From Enoplolaimus lenunculus (taxonomy: Eukaryota), in NCBI GenBank assembly GCA_030248215.1, contig JASANG010001519.1, positions 62,001 through 126,000 on the forward strand: DNA of 64,000 bases, written 5' to 3'. The stretch's first letter is position 1, and each line of letters begins with the position of its first letter. Position numbers and translations under genes: made by a program. Of this stretch, positions 26,301-38,300 are shown one piece after another. The notes below the pieces were generated by a model, which saw nothing but the letters and a program-made list of their open reading frames with translations, searched no databases and was not told the origin of the DNA.

Positions 26301-29300
26301 AAAATCGCAGCATAGGAATATATAAATATGCACTTATGAAGTGAAGCCTTGCCACATGGAATTTAATGTAAAACTATATATGCATCTAGTTCGGTTCGGT
26401 CACCAAATTTCGTCGACAGTGGGGCTAAAATTAGGGCGCTAAAATGAATGATTGCCTTTACCTTATGATTTACCACATGAATACGTCTACTTTCAACCTC
26501 GCTTTGCTCACTTGCCTTGGGACTTAATATATACTTACAAAAACAAGTGTGACTTATTTAGCTCGCTGCACTCATGAGTTTCTGATGTTCTGTCTGATGA
26601 CCTCTCCCGATTATTCCGCGCCCAAACTTAAATTTTTAATAAGGTAATATATTTCTTCACTGTACCCAGGGTGCAACCGGAATTACAATTTACCGGAACC
26701 GGAATTTGAAAATTTTACCGGAACCGGAACCGGAAAATGAAAAATGCATTTCACCAAAAATTTCATTTTAATCGTATTTTTTGCTCTATTATTTGTGAAA
26801 CAACCTTAGTCGAACATAGGTATCTATTTTATTTGTTGTATTTTAGATTTTCAAAGTCGACTGAAGTGAAATCCCCCATCAATGGCTTATATTCGGAGTA
26901 CAATTGGCTTTCAAAAGAGATTCTTAAAAATTAGCAAAGTTAAGAAAACGGCCAAATTATAACACCGGAATTTTTAAATCCGGTAAAAATTTACCGGAAC
27001 CGGAAGGTGAAAAAATGCCGGAACCGGAATTCCGGTTGCACCCTGACTGTACCCAAAATTTTTTGTCGAAATATTAGACAAATTATATGTCATTTCACAC
27101 AAGTTGCGAAGATAAGATGAATATTGCTAATTGTTCCTCAGTCAGACGTATGGCTAACGAGTTATTGTCAAATAACTAAATTTAACGCCGAACCATGATC
27201 GCTGGCGGCGCACCAACATGGAACGATCAGGGGATGTCATCAGAAGCTCAAATATGCAAAAAAAAATTCAAAATTCAATCATCTTGGTGTTAACGCCGGC
27301 TAACTGTGGGATAACCGATCACTTAAACAAAGAATGAATGTTTTCCATTTTTTTCCGAAAAAAACAACGCTGATATCTGGTCGATCCCTGATGTATATAC
27401 GTACTGAAAATTTACAAGTTCATTAATTTAAATAATAACCGAACTTTCGATGAAATTTTTATCTACTATGAAGCCAGGGCGCGACCGGATATTCGGATCC
27501 GGTTTAATATCCAGCAAACTGATATTCGTATCCGGTTCCGGTATAATCTCCGGATACCTAATATTTTCGGTGGTGGTCCCACATTTTAAAATTGACTTTC
27601 ACATTTGAGCATCAACATCTTGTTGCGATTGCATTTCTGGGCAACTCAAGAAGATAAAGTTTGGATACGTTAGAGTGAAAACAAAAATTCAAACTATTCT
27701 AATTTAATAAACATAATATATATTGTTCGAGTCAAATAATACATCAAGCAGTGCACAAATTTATGTTCTACGCATATACGGTTACGGTAAAAATTCACAA
27801 TTCAGATGATCCAGATCTGTATCCGGTTCCGGTAAATTATATCTGGTCGTACCTTGTTCGAAACCAAATAGTTTCAACGTTTATCAAATACTGGCATCAA
27901 AAATTATCATTTTATAAAAACGAAATCTCTTTTCATGCTGTCAATTGTCAAGCTGCTTACAAATCTAAAACGTAACTTCATTCTTCTTCATATTAATATA
28001 CATAAAAGTTCAAGTGGGCACGACGTGTTAAGATAGGGATACGTCGAAGGCAACTTAATGAATAAGCCTCAAAAAGAGTCAAGCGTGACGAGGGTCGCTA
28101 CTGAGGGTGGTTGGTGAAGCTGCCCCCCATTTAAGTCTTCCCCTCGGTTCAGCGCCCTCCCCCCTACAGATTTCACGCCCCGTTAATATTACGTTCCTTA
28201 CATTTTTGAGAAAAACATCGCCAGCATGAATAAAACATACTCTCTCGTCTGGCCCTGGATGGCAAAATCGTTCAATTGTGTTGCAACTACTGCTTATTAC
28301 ATGTAGTCAGGTGTCACTAACCTGGACGCAATTCTGTGGCAAATTTTGTTCTTCCAAACCGTTCAGCACGCCGTCAGAGTTTAAGATTGAATGATAAATC
28401 TTCAGAAAACAATTTTTCAAATTATAGATACATCGGCCTTCCATAAAACCGCACGCAAGCTTTTGTAAACATAAATTCAATGCTTTCGGATTATCAACAA
28501 AACATGACTCCATAATTAAAACAAAGTCTTTGTTCATCAAATGGCGAGCAAGCAAACGACCACGAGATAGCACAAATTTGAGGCTGAAAACATATTTCAA
28601 TTCTTCGGAGATATTTTCTGTGATGTAAAAAGTAATACGCCATTCACAATAATCTTTGAAAAACAGTTATAGATTTTTACAAATGCTGTGACCAACGAAT
28701 GTACAATTTCATAACTGTGCACTTGGCAATCATGCCGTAGGTATTTCTAACAATCTGATTTCAGCAAATACTGCCCAACTCAAAAACAGGCCAAAAGCTG
28801 CCTTTAGTTGGATATTTAGTGCATATTTAAACAAAAAATAAAACTTCAAGTGTAGGCTTTGCTTCCTAGATATACGTACTTACTTAAACCTATAACGTTA
28901 ACCAACCTTGACAAAAAATCACCGTGAAGATGGTAATTTTCGTAGTAATTCGATATTTTCAGAGTGCAGACACCAGTTGTATTCCGGTTTCGGTATTGTT
29001 TTACCTGATTTTCTGATATTATCGGTGTCAGTAATTTTGTGTTTTAAAACCCAGAGTTGAACTTTTTTTAAATAATTAGTAGTAGCACGACGCGCGACCT
29101 TGCCGAAATCTAAGAATTTTGCACGTATTTCTTAAACACCACTTTTAGGGTTGCGCTATACTCTTGTTGACGTCCGGCGTCGTCCGTCACCCTTACGGCG
29201 CTGTCCATCACCGTTTGGCGTCGTCTGTCATCCGTGTGGTGCCGCCCGTCACCCGTGCGGTGCCGTCCGTCACTATACGGCGCCATACATGTGTAATTTG

Positions 29301-32300
29301 CGTACGACAACGCATCCCCTAGGCTTTAATTATGCAACAAAACATTGAATGATAATTAGTTTGATGGCATATCCCTGAAAACGATCTTACGGTAGTAATA
29401 CTTTAAATGAAATCGTCCTAAAATTAATTTTTCTGAAACAGTTTGTTATATTTTCAGTGAAACAAAACTCCGAGCGAATCTCAAAGTTTTGCAAACCGTT
29501 ATATGTTTTGTAGTCGGGGGTCGAAAGGTGATGTCAGTCCGTCTGTCCATCCGACGAGAACGTATTATAAAAATTAGTTACGATTTTTTTGTAATTTTCA
29601 ACTCAACGGCTAGAAAAAATATATGGGTCAAAATATGCGTTTACGCTTTTTATAAGCTTGGAATGTTTAACTAGACTGATTAAAAAATTAAGTACGTTTG
29701 ACCTTCATTCAATACATGTAGTTCCCTCAAGACTGGTGCTGTCAGGTTTCATTTCCGTTAGAAGATCCGGCGTTATTTCGACTTCCCGATATTTTGTAAT
29801 TTCGATTAAAACCTAGATACCTGTACCTGTATGTGCACGCAAACGCCGTTTCAAGTGCCAACGTTTTTTCAGCCCAGTCCAAAGGAATCTGTCGGCTGAC
29901 AAACTGGAAGTCGTTTGGAATAATCAAAAAAAGATCATTGCTTGAGATCTGATCATAGTTTTCGGTTATGACGTCATGGTTGAACATGACCGGAACCGGG
30001 TTTGGGACACCGACGCAGCATGCAAGACGACCAAGAAGATGATAAAATTGTGCAATGTCGAAGCTAAGCAATTCATAATCGGGCTCTGAGATAGAAAGCT
30101 TTTTTCGCTCCGCCACAGAGAGATATGGTGAACCAAATTTAATGTCGAGCCTCAAGTGTGTGCCTTCTGAAAACAGAATTGCTGTCAGTGCAATGATTCT
30201 TTCTGTTAGCATCAGGGGCGATCGGATATCCGGCTTCGGCACAAAATCGACATCCGGCTACGATATTCTAACTTGCCGGATGTTTTTTACAAGCTTAAAA
30301 AGTGGAACTGATTGACTTCGGTTGACTTACTTTACATTGTTTATTCTGTCATAAGTGTTTGTTGTAAATGATTGAATGTTTTTATACTCCGCACAATTTT
30401 CTTCAGATAAGGATGTGTGCGACATACATGGCTTTGTACTATCCGGATACTTCAGCATTAATGGTTGGGTTGCAGTAGGTAATCAGTATCAGGCCAATTA
30501 ACCCTAATCCTAAGTTATTTCTATCTTATAGTATTTAAGAATAATTGGATGCCCCTAAAAGTACATGCGACAAAAAATAAACAACCAAACGCAACGCAAC
30601 GCTACGAAAACATAGAATAGTGCAACAAGTAAGTAGTGTTAAAAATGCATAGGCGCGAGATGTTTAGTTTCGTCACGTAATCACTTTGGATACCTTTTGA
30701 ATGCCGCTTAGTATTAGATTTTTATAAGAACTTGCATACACACGAATACGTCACGATTTAACTTTTATTTTAGTTATTCGTTTTGAATTTCAAGAATTTC
30801 TAGAAACAAAAATTTGAGAATGCAGAGCACGTGTTATTTGTGATAGGCAATTAACTTACGAGGATTTCATAAATAGTGCGCTCAAATAATATTTCAAACA
30901 GTAATATGGTTTACCAAACCAGAATACATACTATAAAGGAATGTGATTTTGCCGCTCGCACCCTGGTTAGCATAGCAATGCATTTCAAAACTAGAGTGCC
31001 GTAAAAACAAAATAAATTTTGAAAAAGATCGATGAAACAAAATGTATATATATTAAGTAACTAAAAATATTTAATCTTTAATTCATCGTTAGCAAGTATG
31101 CCGCAGTATATCCGGTTTTTGGTGGCCCGGTACGCTTTACTTTTAGGCATCATCATCCTTTCAAGTTTTGATCGGCTTCTAAAATTTTAAAAAATTTTCA
31201 CAGTTCTGGTTCTGGTATTTTTGTTTCAGGCCGAGCCCTAATTAAATTACGTATATGTATATACATCAGGGTGCAAAGTGGAACTGGATTATAACGGAAT
31301 CAAAACAGCAAATTTATACCGGAATTGTAATCTGAATCGAAACTAGAAATTTTGTGTCTGTAAGGATAATTTGTATTGACAAATATAATGCTGATTAATT
31401 TAGCGAGTGTTTTGGCTTGCAACAATTTTCAAAAAGGTCTCATGAACAAATTGGCGATAATATTTGGTTTTGTAAAGCTAATATACGATTAATTATTGAT
31501 AAGTTAACTCATCGAGAGCAATTTAATAGGTAAATAATTGAGCGAAGCGAAATTCGCGAAGCGTTGTACACTGAACTCAGGGGTCGAAAGGTGGATGTCC
31601 TTCCGTCTGTTCGTCCGAAAAGAATCTCAGGAACGGCTGAACCGATTTCAATAAATTTTTTTGTTTGAAAGCCAATTATCATGGGTGTTAATTTTTTAGG
31701 GTTTACTGAAGGTTTTTTGGTGCGAGGAATCTGAATAAATTGTTTACAAACGTCTAAAACCGATAATTGAGTAGTTAGCTAAAGATAATTTGCATATAAG
31801 TAGAATTGATAAGCCTAAATGAGGCGTTTTTACGGTGTTTCACTAATTATTAGGGTTACAAGCCAATCTAATTTCAGCAATAATGGGTTTTCTGGTGCGA
31901 GGAATCTGAATAAATTGTCTACAGACCTTTAAATGCAATTGTCGAATAGTTTGCTAATCAATAATTTGCATATTTGCTTAAATGACGAGACAAAATTACG
32001 ACTTTTTAAATTATTCCAATAATTATTAGGGTGACTGAAGGGTTTTTGGGCGCGAGGAATCTGAGGAAATTACTTACAAACCTCCAAAACCGATAAATGA
32101 ATAGTTAGCAAATAACTAATTTGCATATTAGCATCGTTTATAAGCCTAAATTAGGATTTTTTTACAATATTTCACTAATTATTAAGGTTAAAAGCAGGGT
32201 GCAACCGGAATTCCGGTTCCGGCATTTTTTCACCTTCCGGTTCCGGTTCCGGTAAATTTTTACCGGATTTAAAAATTCCGGTATTATAATTTGGCCGTTT

Positions 32301-35300
32301 TCTTAACTTTGCTAATTTTTAAGAATCTCTTTTGAAAGCCAATTGTACTCCAAATATAAGCCATTGATGGTGGATTTCACTTCATTCGATGATGAAAATC
32401 TAAAATACAACAAATAAAATAAATACCTATGTTCGACTAAGGTTATTTCACAAATAATAGAGCAAAAAATACGATTAAAATGAAATTTTTGGTGAAATGC
32501 GTTTTTCACTTTCCGGTTCCGGTAAAATTTTCAAATTCCGGTTCCGGTAAATTGTAATTCCGGTTGCACCCTGGTTAAAAGTAACTTCAGCAATAAAGGG
32601 TTTTTAGGCGCGACGAACTAAAATAACTTGTTTACAAACCTCCAAAACCGATAATTGAATAGTTAACTAATAGCTAATTTGCATATTAACTCAATCGACA
32701 AGACAAAATTAAGACTTTAAATTATTTCAATAATTATTAGGGTTACTGAAGGTTTTTGGATGCGAGGAGTCTGAATAAATTGTTTACAAACCTCTAAAAC
32801 CGATAATTGAGTAGTTGGCCAATAGATAATTTGCATATAAGCATAATTGATAAGCCTAAATTAGGCATTTTTTACGATATTTCACTAATTATTAGTGTTA
32901 CAAGCAATATAATTTCAGCAATAAGAGTTTTTGGGTGCGAAGAATCTGAACAAATTTTGTACAAACTCTCAAAACCGATAACCGAATAATTAGCTAATAG
33001 CTAACTTGTATATTAGGTTAATTTACAACACAAAATTACGACTTTTTCAATTATTTCAATAATTATTAGGGTTTACTGAAGGTTTTTGGTGCGATTTTCC
33101 AATATTTCAATAATTATTAGTGCCAAAAGCAATCGTGTTTTAGAGCTTCGCTCAATAAATGTAGTCCCACTACGTCTGGTAAAGAATTTTTCTGCAACGT
33201 ATAACAACAAGTAAGATTAAAATTAAAATTTCAAAATTCAGATTTCGATTGATTGTGCAATAGAAATCGGAATTCCGGTTGCACCCTGAATACATATGTA
33301 TTTAGTTAGAAAGTGCACATAAGAATATAAATGCGTTTAAAAAGCTGTGCAATACGTATATGTTGGATAAGACAACTATATCACCCAAGGTCAATGAAAA
33401 TCAGCTATCCGGTAAAATTAATTGCCACGTATTTGACTGTTCATATACACCAAAATACGTACCTCCAAACACCCTTTGATCACAGTGCGGAATATATAAC
33501 TCTTTTTGTTTAGTTTTAGTAATTGTACGAAATCGGTCAACATATGCTCCACGTTGCGCCGTCGTTTTTTGTTCATGGGTGTCTTGTTGCAACCTAGAGA
33601 GAAGCATAACCCAAAAGTTTAACGGTTACAAATGTGTCGCCTGAAAATAAAAACTACGTTAAATAAAAAACAATTATATAATTAATATCTGCTAAACTAC
33701 TTCTGCAAATACATAGTATGCAGGGTGCGACCGTATATTAATTTACCGGATACCGGAACCGGATATTAAATTTTGCACCGGAACAGGAACCGGATACCAG
33801 ATGTATATATTGAAATAATTTATTTTTCGGTGTATTTTTAGCGTGCTCAAGGTTTTCGTCTGTTATAAACTTTATATATAATAGCTGCTGATATACTGAA
33901 ATAATACAAAAATAGGTTTAACTCTCGCTCGTTTAAGCTAAAAATTACTAAAACGTATCGAAAGTTGAACTTCTTGAATTGCCCAGTACTGTAATCGCAG
34001 CCAGATATTAAAGACGCTTACTTGTAAAAATCATTTTATGCTATTCGGATACCGAAACCGGATATCAGTTTTTGCCAGATAATAAACCGGAACCGGATAT
34101 CCGGTCGCACCCTGATAGTATGCACTAGTACTAGAGTTGCAACATTTCAAAATAAATACACGGACATGGATTTTTCTAGAAGAAAACCCTAGACCCAGAC
34201 CCGAAATCTCACGAATGAAAACCCGGACCCGAACCCGTAATTTTAAACAATGAAACCCCACAACCAAATTTCTTTTCGGGTCCCAATCTGACCCGGAATT
34301 TTTATATCATAAAAATTGAACATGATCCAAAATTTTTAAAGAAAAGCAGGAATTTATGTCTTCATCTATATTCTTGTATCTCATTTAAACAGGTCCCCGA
34401 AACTTTGATTAATAGTTTACCGAGCAATCTTTACTTAGATCAATGCTAATAAACTAAAGTACTCTGAAACCTTAAAATGAGATACGTCATGTCTCCGCAT
34501 TCCAGCTATTTCAACCATTTTTAATTAAGTACTCGTAATCGTAACCCAAGTACGCCTGCATAGGTAATTCATTACTCAAAGAAGAAGCCGATTGCAACTA
34601 CAAATAGGATCTACTTATCAGGGATGGGCGGCCTCGGTCAAAAAAGCGAAACCGAGACCCGACCTACCAATACAGAGACTTTTGCTCTCGGTCTCGGGCA
34701 ATTTTTAACCGCTACCTAAAGCAAAAATCAGATTTTTTAACAAAACTTTTGAATATTTTTATCTGCTCTGAATTGCTGGTGCATACAATTAAACTAATGA
34801 ATCGCCGCCAAACTTTATTTTTTAACTCTATTTTTCACTTGGCTACTGTCCCCATACCCTTCGAAAAGGCTCGAAACAAATCCCACTGTTTCAAAACACC
34901 CTCAGTAAGACTCTAACTCAAAGCCGTAGGGTTGTTTTTGATCCCGGGCAAACCAAATAGACTGGAAGAATTTTGGATAAAAGGAGATGTCATTCTGTTT
35001 CTCAAATTGCTGTATAACCAGGTAGCGGTGCTTAACGATGCGAAATGCGCATGTATTTCCGGGCCAAACCTGCGATCCAAGGAAAATTTTTGTAATTACC
35101 AGCCAAATCCTGAGACTTGACGAGACAGAGACCACCCATCCCTGCCACTTATTACGCGAAGCTTTTTGTTTTATACTCTGAGGTCGAAAGTTGGATTTCC
35201 GTTCGTCTGTACGTCCGACGAGGATCTCAGCGCTGAACGGATTTTTATAAACTTTTTTGTGTTAAAGAATATTATCCTGTGGTGTTCTTACTAGCTACAG

Positions 35301-38300
35301 GCTAAAATTAGGACTTCTGCATTATTTCATTAATTATTAGGGTTACAAGTACTGGCCCATGTAAAGATCAGGGACAGAGAGCTTTTCTGTGGGACTAGGA
35401 CAGAGTAAGTGTAAGCTTTAGACTAATTTTTTTGCTTGGCTTAGCCTTAAACTTAGAAATATGCTCATTCTTCCTTATGTTTAGGCTTAGGCTTAGGAAT
35501 ATGCTTATAATACTGTTCCATCCTGTTCTTAACGTTGTCCCAAGTACTAAAAAGGAAAATCTAAAATACAGCAAATTATGATAATACATATCTCCAACTA
35601 AAGTTATTTCACCAATAACGTAGCAAAAAGAGCATTAAAATGAGTTTTTTTGTGGTATGTATTTTTTACTTTCCGGTTCTGGTAATTTTTTGAAATTCCG
35701 ATTCGGGTAAATTGAAATTTCGGTTGCACCCTGACTATACCTTTGAGCTTACTGTCAGTAAGTGGGTCCGAGCTTCGCTTAATATATGAGATACCAACAG
35801 AACTGGCGTTGAACCGTTGTTTGCGTTCAGAGGCGCAAAACAACAAAATTTAAACAAATTGAACGTCTATATCTTTGTTTTTCTGATAATGGCTCGAAAA
35901 AGAAAAATATCATTTCAGCAATGAATATATACGTATTCGTGAATTTGGAATACCACAGCCAGATGCCAATTGTTTGACGGAGTTTGATTTCTGGTTGTGC
36001 CAAAATGGACCTAAACTCGAAAAACCAACTACTATTTTTTAGTTTATATAAACCAAATGGATTTGCACTTTGCAGCTGTATAAAACGAATACTTAATCAA
36101 AATCTTACTTATGAACTGATGGCGGGTAACAAATTCCTAAATAAAGCTCGCCATATACACCGTTATTCTTTTCTGACACGCAAACGTTAATATCTTTTAT
36201 ACACCTGTATTCCACTGTCATTCGGTATGCACTGCAAGGACCATTGCAATTCTAAAAAAGAGTATTTAGACATTTGATTTAGCAACATTTTTGGCAATCA
36301 ACCATTTTGTATCTTAGCGTGAAGTGCAGAGTTCGTATTATTCGCCGCATTTAGTTATGGTACATACTATCTCTCAGGGTGCAAAGCGGAACTGGTTTGT
36401 ACCGGAATCGGAATCAGAACAGCAAATTTACACCGATATTGTATCCGGAATCGGCACTAGAAATTTTGTGACTGTACGTATAATTTGTATTGAGAAATAT
36501 ATAATATTAATTTAGGGTGGCTGTTTGCAGGCAACAAAGTTCAAAAACGTTGCATGAACAAATTGGCGATGATTTCTGGTTCTGTAAAGCTAAACAACAA
36601 TCAATTATTGATAAGTTAACTCATCGAAAGCAATCTAATACATAAATGATACAGAATTTGTATGCAACGTATCACAACAGGTAGCATTTTCAAAATTCCG
36701 ATTCCCATTGATTGTGCAATCGGAATCGGAACTCGCTGTCTTCTCAGTAGGGTGATACGCAGAGATTCGTCGGAATATCTACAATAATTCGACTCCTGGT
36801 CCAGATCAATTGAAAACTTTTATAGGTGATTGTTTAAGAATTCTTTCGAAATGAATGTCTTTGCAACTGGTTCAGTATTATTATAAATTGTAAAATCTGG
36901 TTGGTAATTTTGTAAACCCTAATAATGAAATAGTTCAAAATTCGCTTACACCAAATTTTTGCTAGTTGCATTGAATATCAAGCCGTAACTCAACGATGAA
37001 AATTACAATTTATTGCAAATTCCGCTTACTGTTCCTTCAAAGAATTCAACTGTTGTTCTTTTTCAGTCTGTTTTTGCTTAGGCAGCCATGGCATCAGCAT
37101 GAGTATGTTTTTGATATAACACGTGTGTCAAATGTTGTTAAGCCGTATCCTAACAACGTATGACAGACACACACGTTTCTTAGCCGTATCCTAACTATGA
37201 CAGAGTAGATATAAAAAATGAAACTCTTTGCTTAAAACAAAACCACACTTTAATAAATAATACCACACCATACCATACCATCAGAGCTCACTTACATCTT
37301 TAACTAAGTAAATGACTTCTAGCTTCCTGAAGTCGTGCATAAAACAAAACTTTACGTCCCGTGGATTAGAGAAGTGAAAGTGAGAAAAGAAACGATTGAA
37401 AGTAGTATATGCTCCAATTGAAAAGCCAATCGCGTTCTGAAAAAAATTATTACAATCTTGCGTTATTTTTAAAACTGAGATGCTTTACACATGCAGTAGT
37501 GTATCACAAAGTTACAGAAGTTGAATTTTCGATGGATATTTCGTAGCTGCTTGTTGTTTGTTAATATAACCTTTGTTGGAAAAATTATCACGAATTAATC
37601 TAATAAATTTTAGTCCTTTGAATAGCTTACAAAAGTCATACATAATTAATTTTATTTGAGTTCACAAGTGAGTCTGGACTCACAATGTTCTCAACGGAAC
37701 GCAAAAGGCTGAGCTGGACGCATTGTGGACTCAAGAAGCTAACATAAAATTTTTGCTCGCATAAACACCAACTCGAAATAAACAAAAAATACAAGGATTC
37801 TAATTAAGTATATACATTCTACGTATTTGACACCGTTCACACTCGACACGTGTAATATGTAACGCAGGGTGCAACCGGAATTCCGGTTCCGGCATTTTTT
37901 CACCTTCCGGCTCCGGTAAATTTTTTACCAGAATTAAAAATTCCGGTATTAAATTTTGGTTGGTGGAAATTAAGATATTTTACTAAAAAATAACGATAAA
38001 AATTAAATAATTTCATTTCACCAATTATATTGCAAAAAACGAAAAACAAAATGAATTTTTCGGTGGCATGTCTTTTTAATTTTCCGGTTACCTTTCCGGT
38101 AAATTGTAATTCCGGTTGCACCCTGGTTACCAGTATATACATATAGGAGCATAGCCTATAACATACCGTACACTAAGGATAATGCAAATTGCACGGACGT
38201 ATGCATGTGTAGTACGCAAACCGAGACCAAAGAGGTGAAAAGACGTAAGCATTCACAAAATTTTCCTTATATCGCAGCTTTGGCCCGGAAGTACTTGCGC

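Larger units (their letters stand above)
31267..33288 (+). mobile_element. hAT-like MITE split by a DINE/Helentron-like insertion
   Basis: CAGGGTGCAAA...TTGCACCCTG; the left arm (31267-31537) and right arm (33181-33288) are contiguous in the uninterrupted relative at 36375-36735. Confidence 0.8.

Noticed and set aside
26737..26934. Three near-identical 65-aa ORFs MKNAFHQKFHFN... (also 32312-32509 and 41260-41457) resembling a small gene family
   Set aside because: They lie wholly inside one MITE family; start codons vary (ATG/GTG), and there is no splice context or recognisable domain.
31700..33120. Regularly spaced repeats resembling a CRISPR array
   Set aside because: Whole 155-175-bp units are homologous with no unique spacers; the context is eukaryotic and there are no cas genes.
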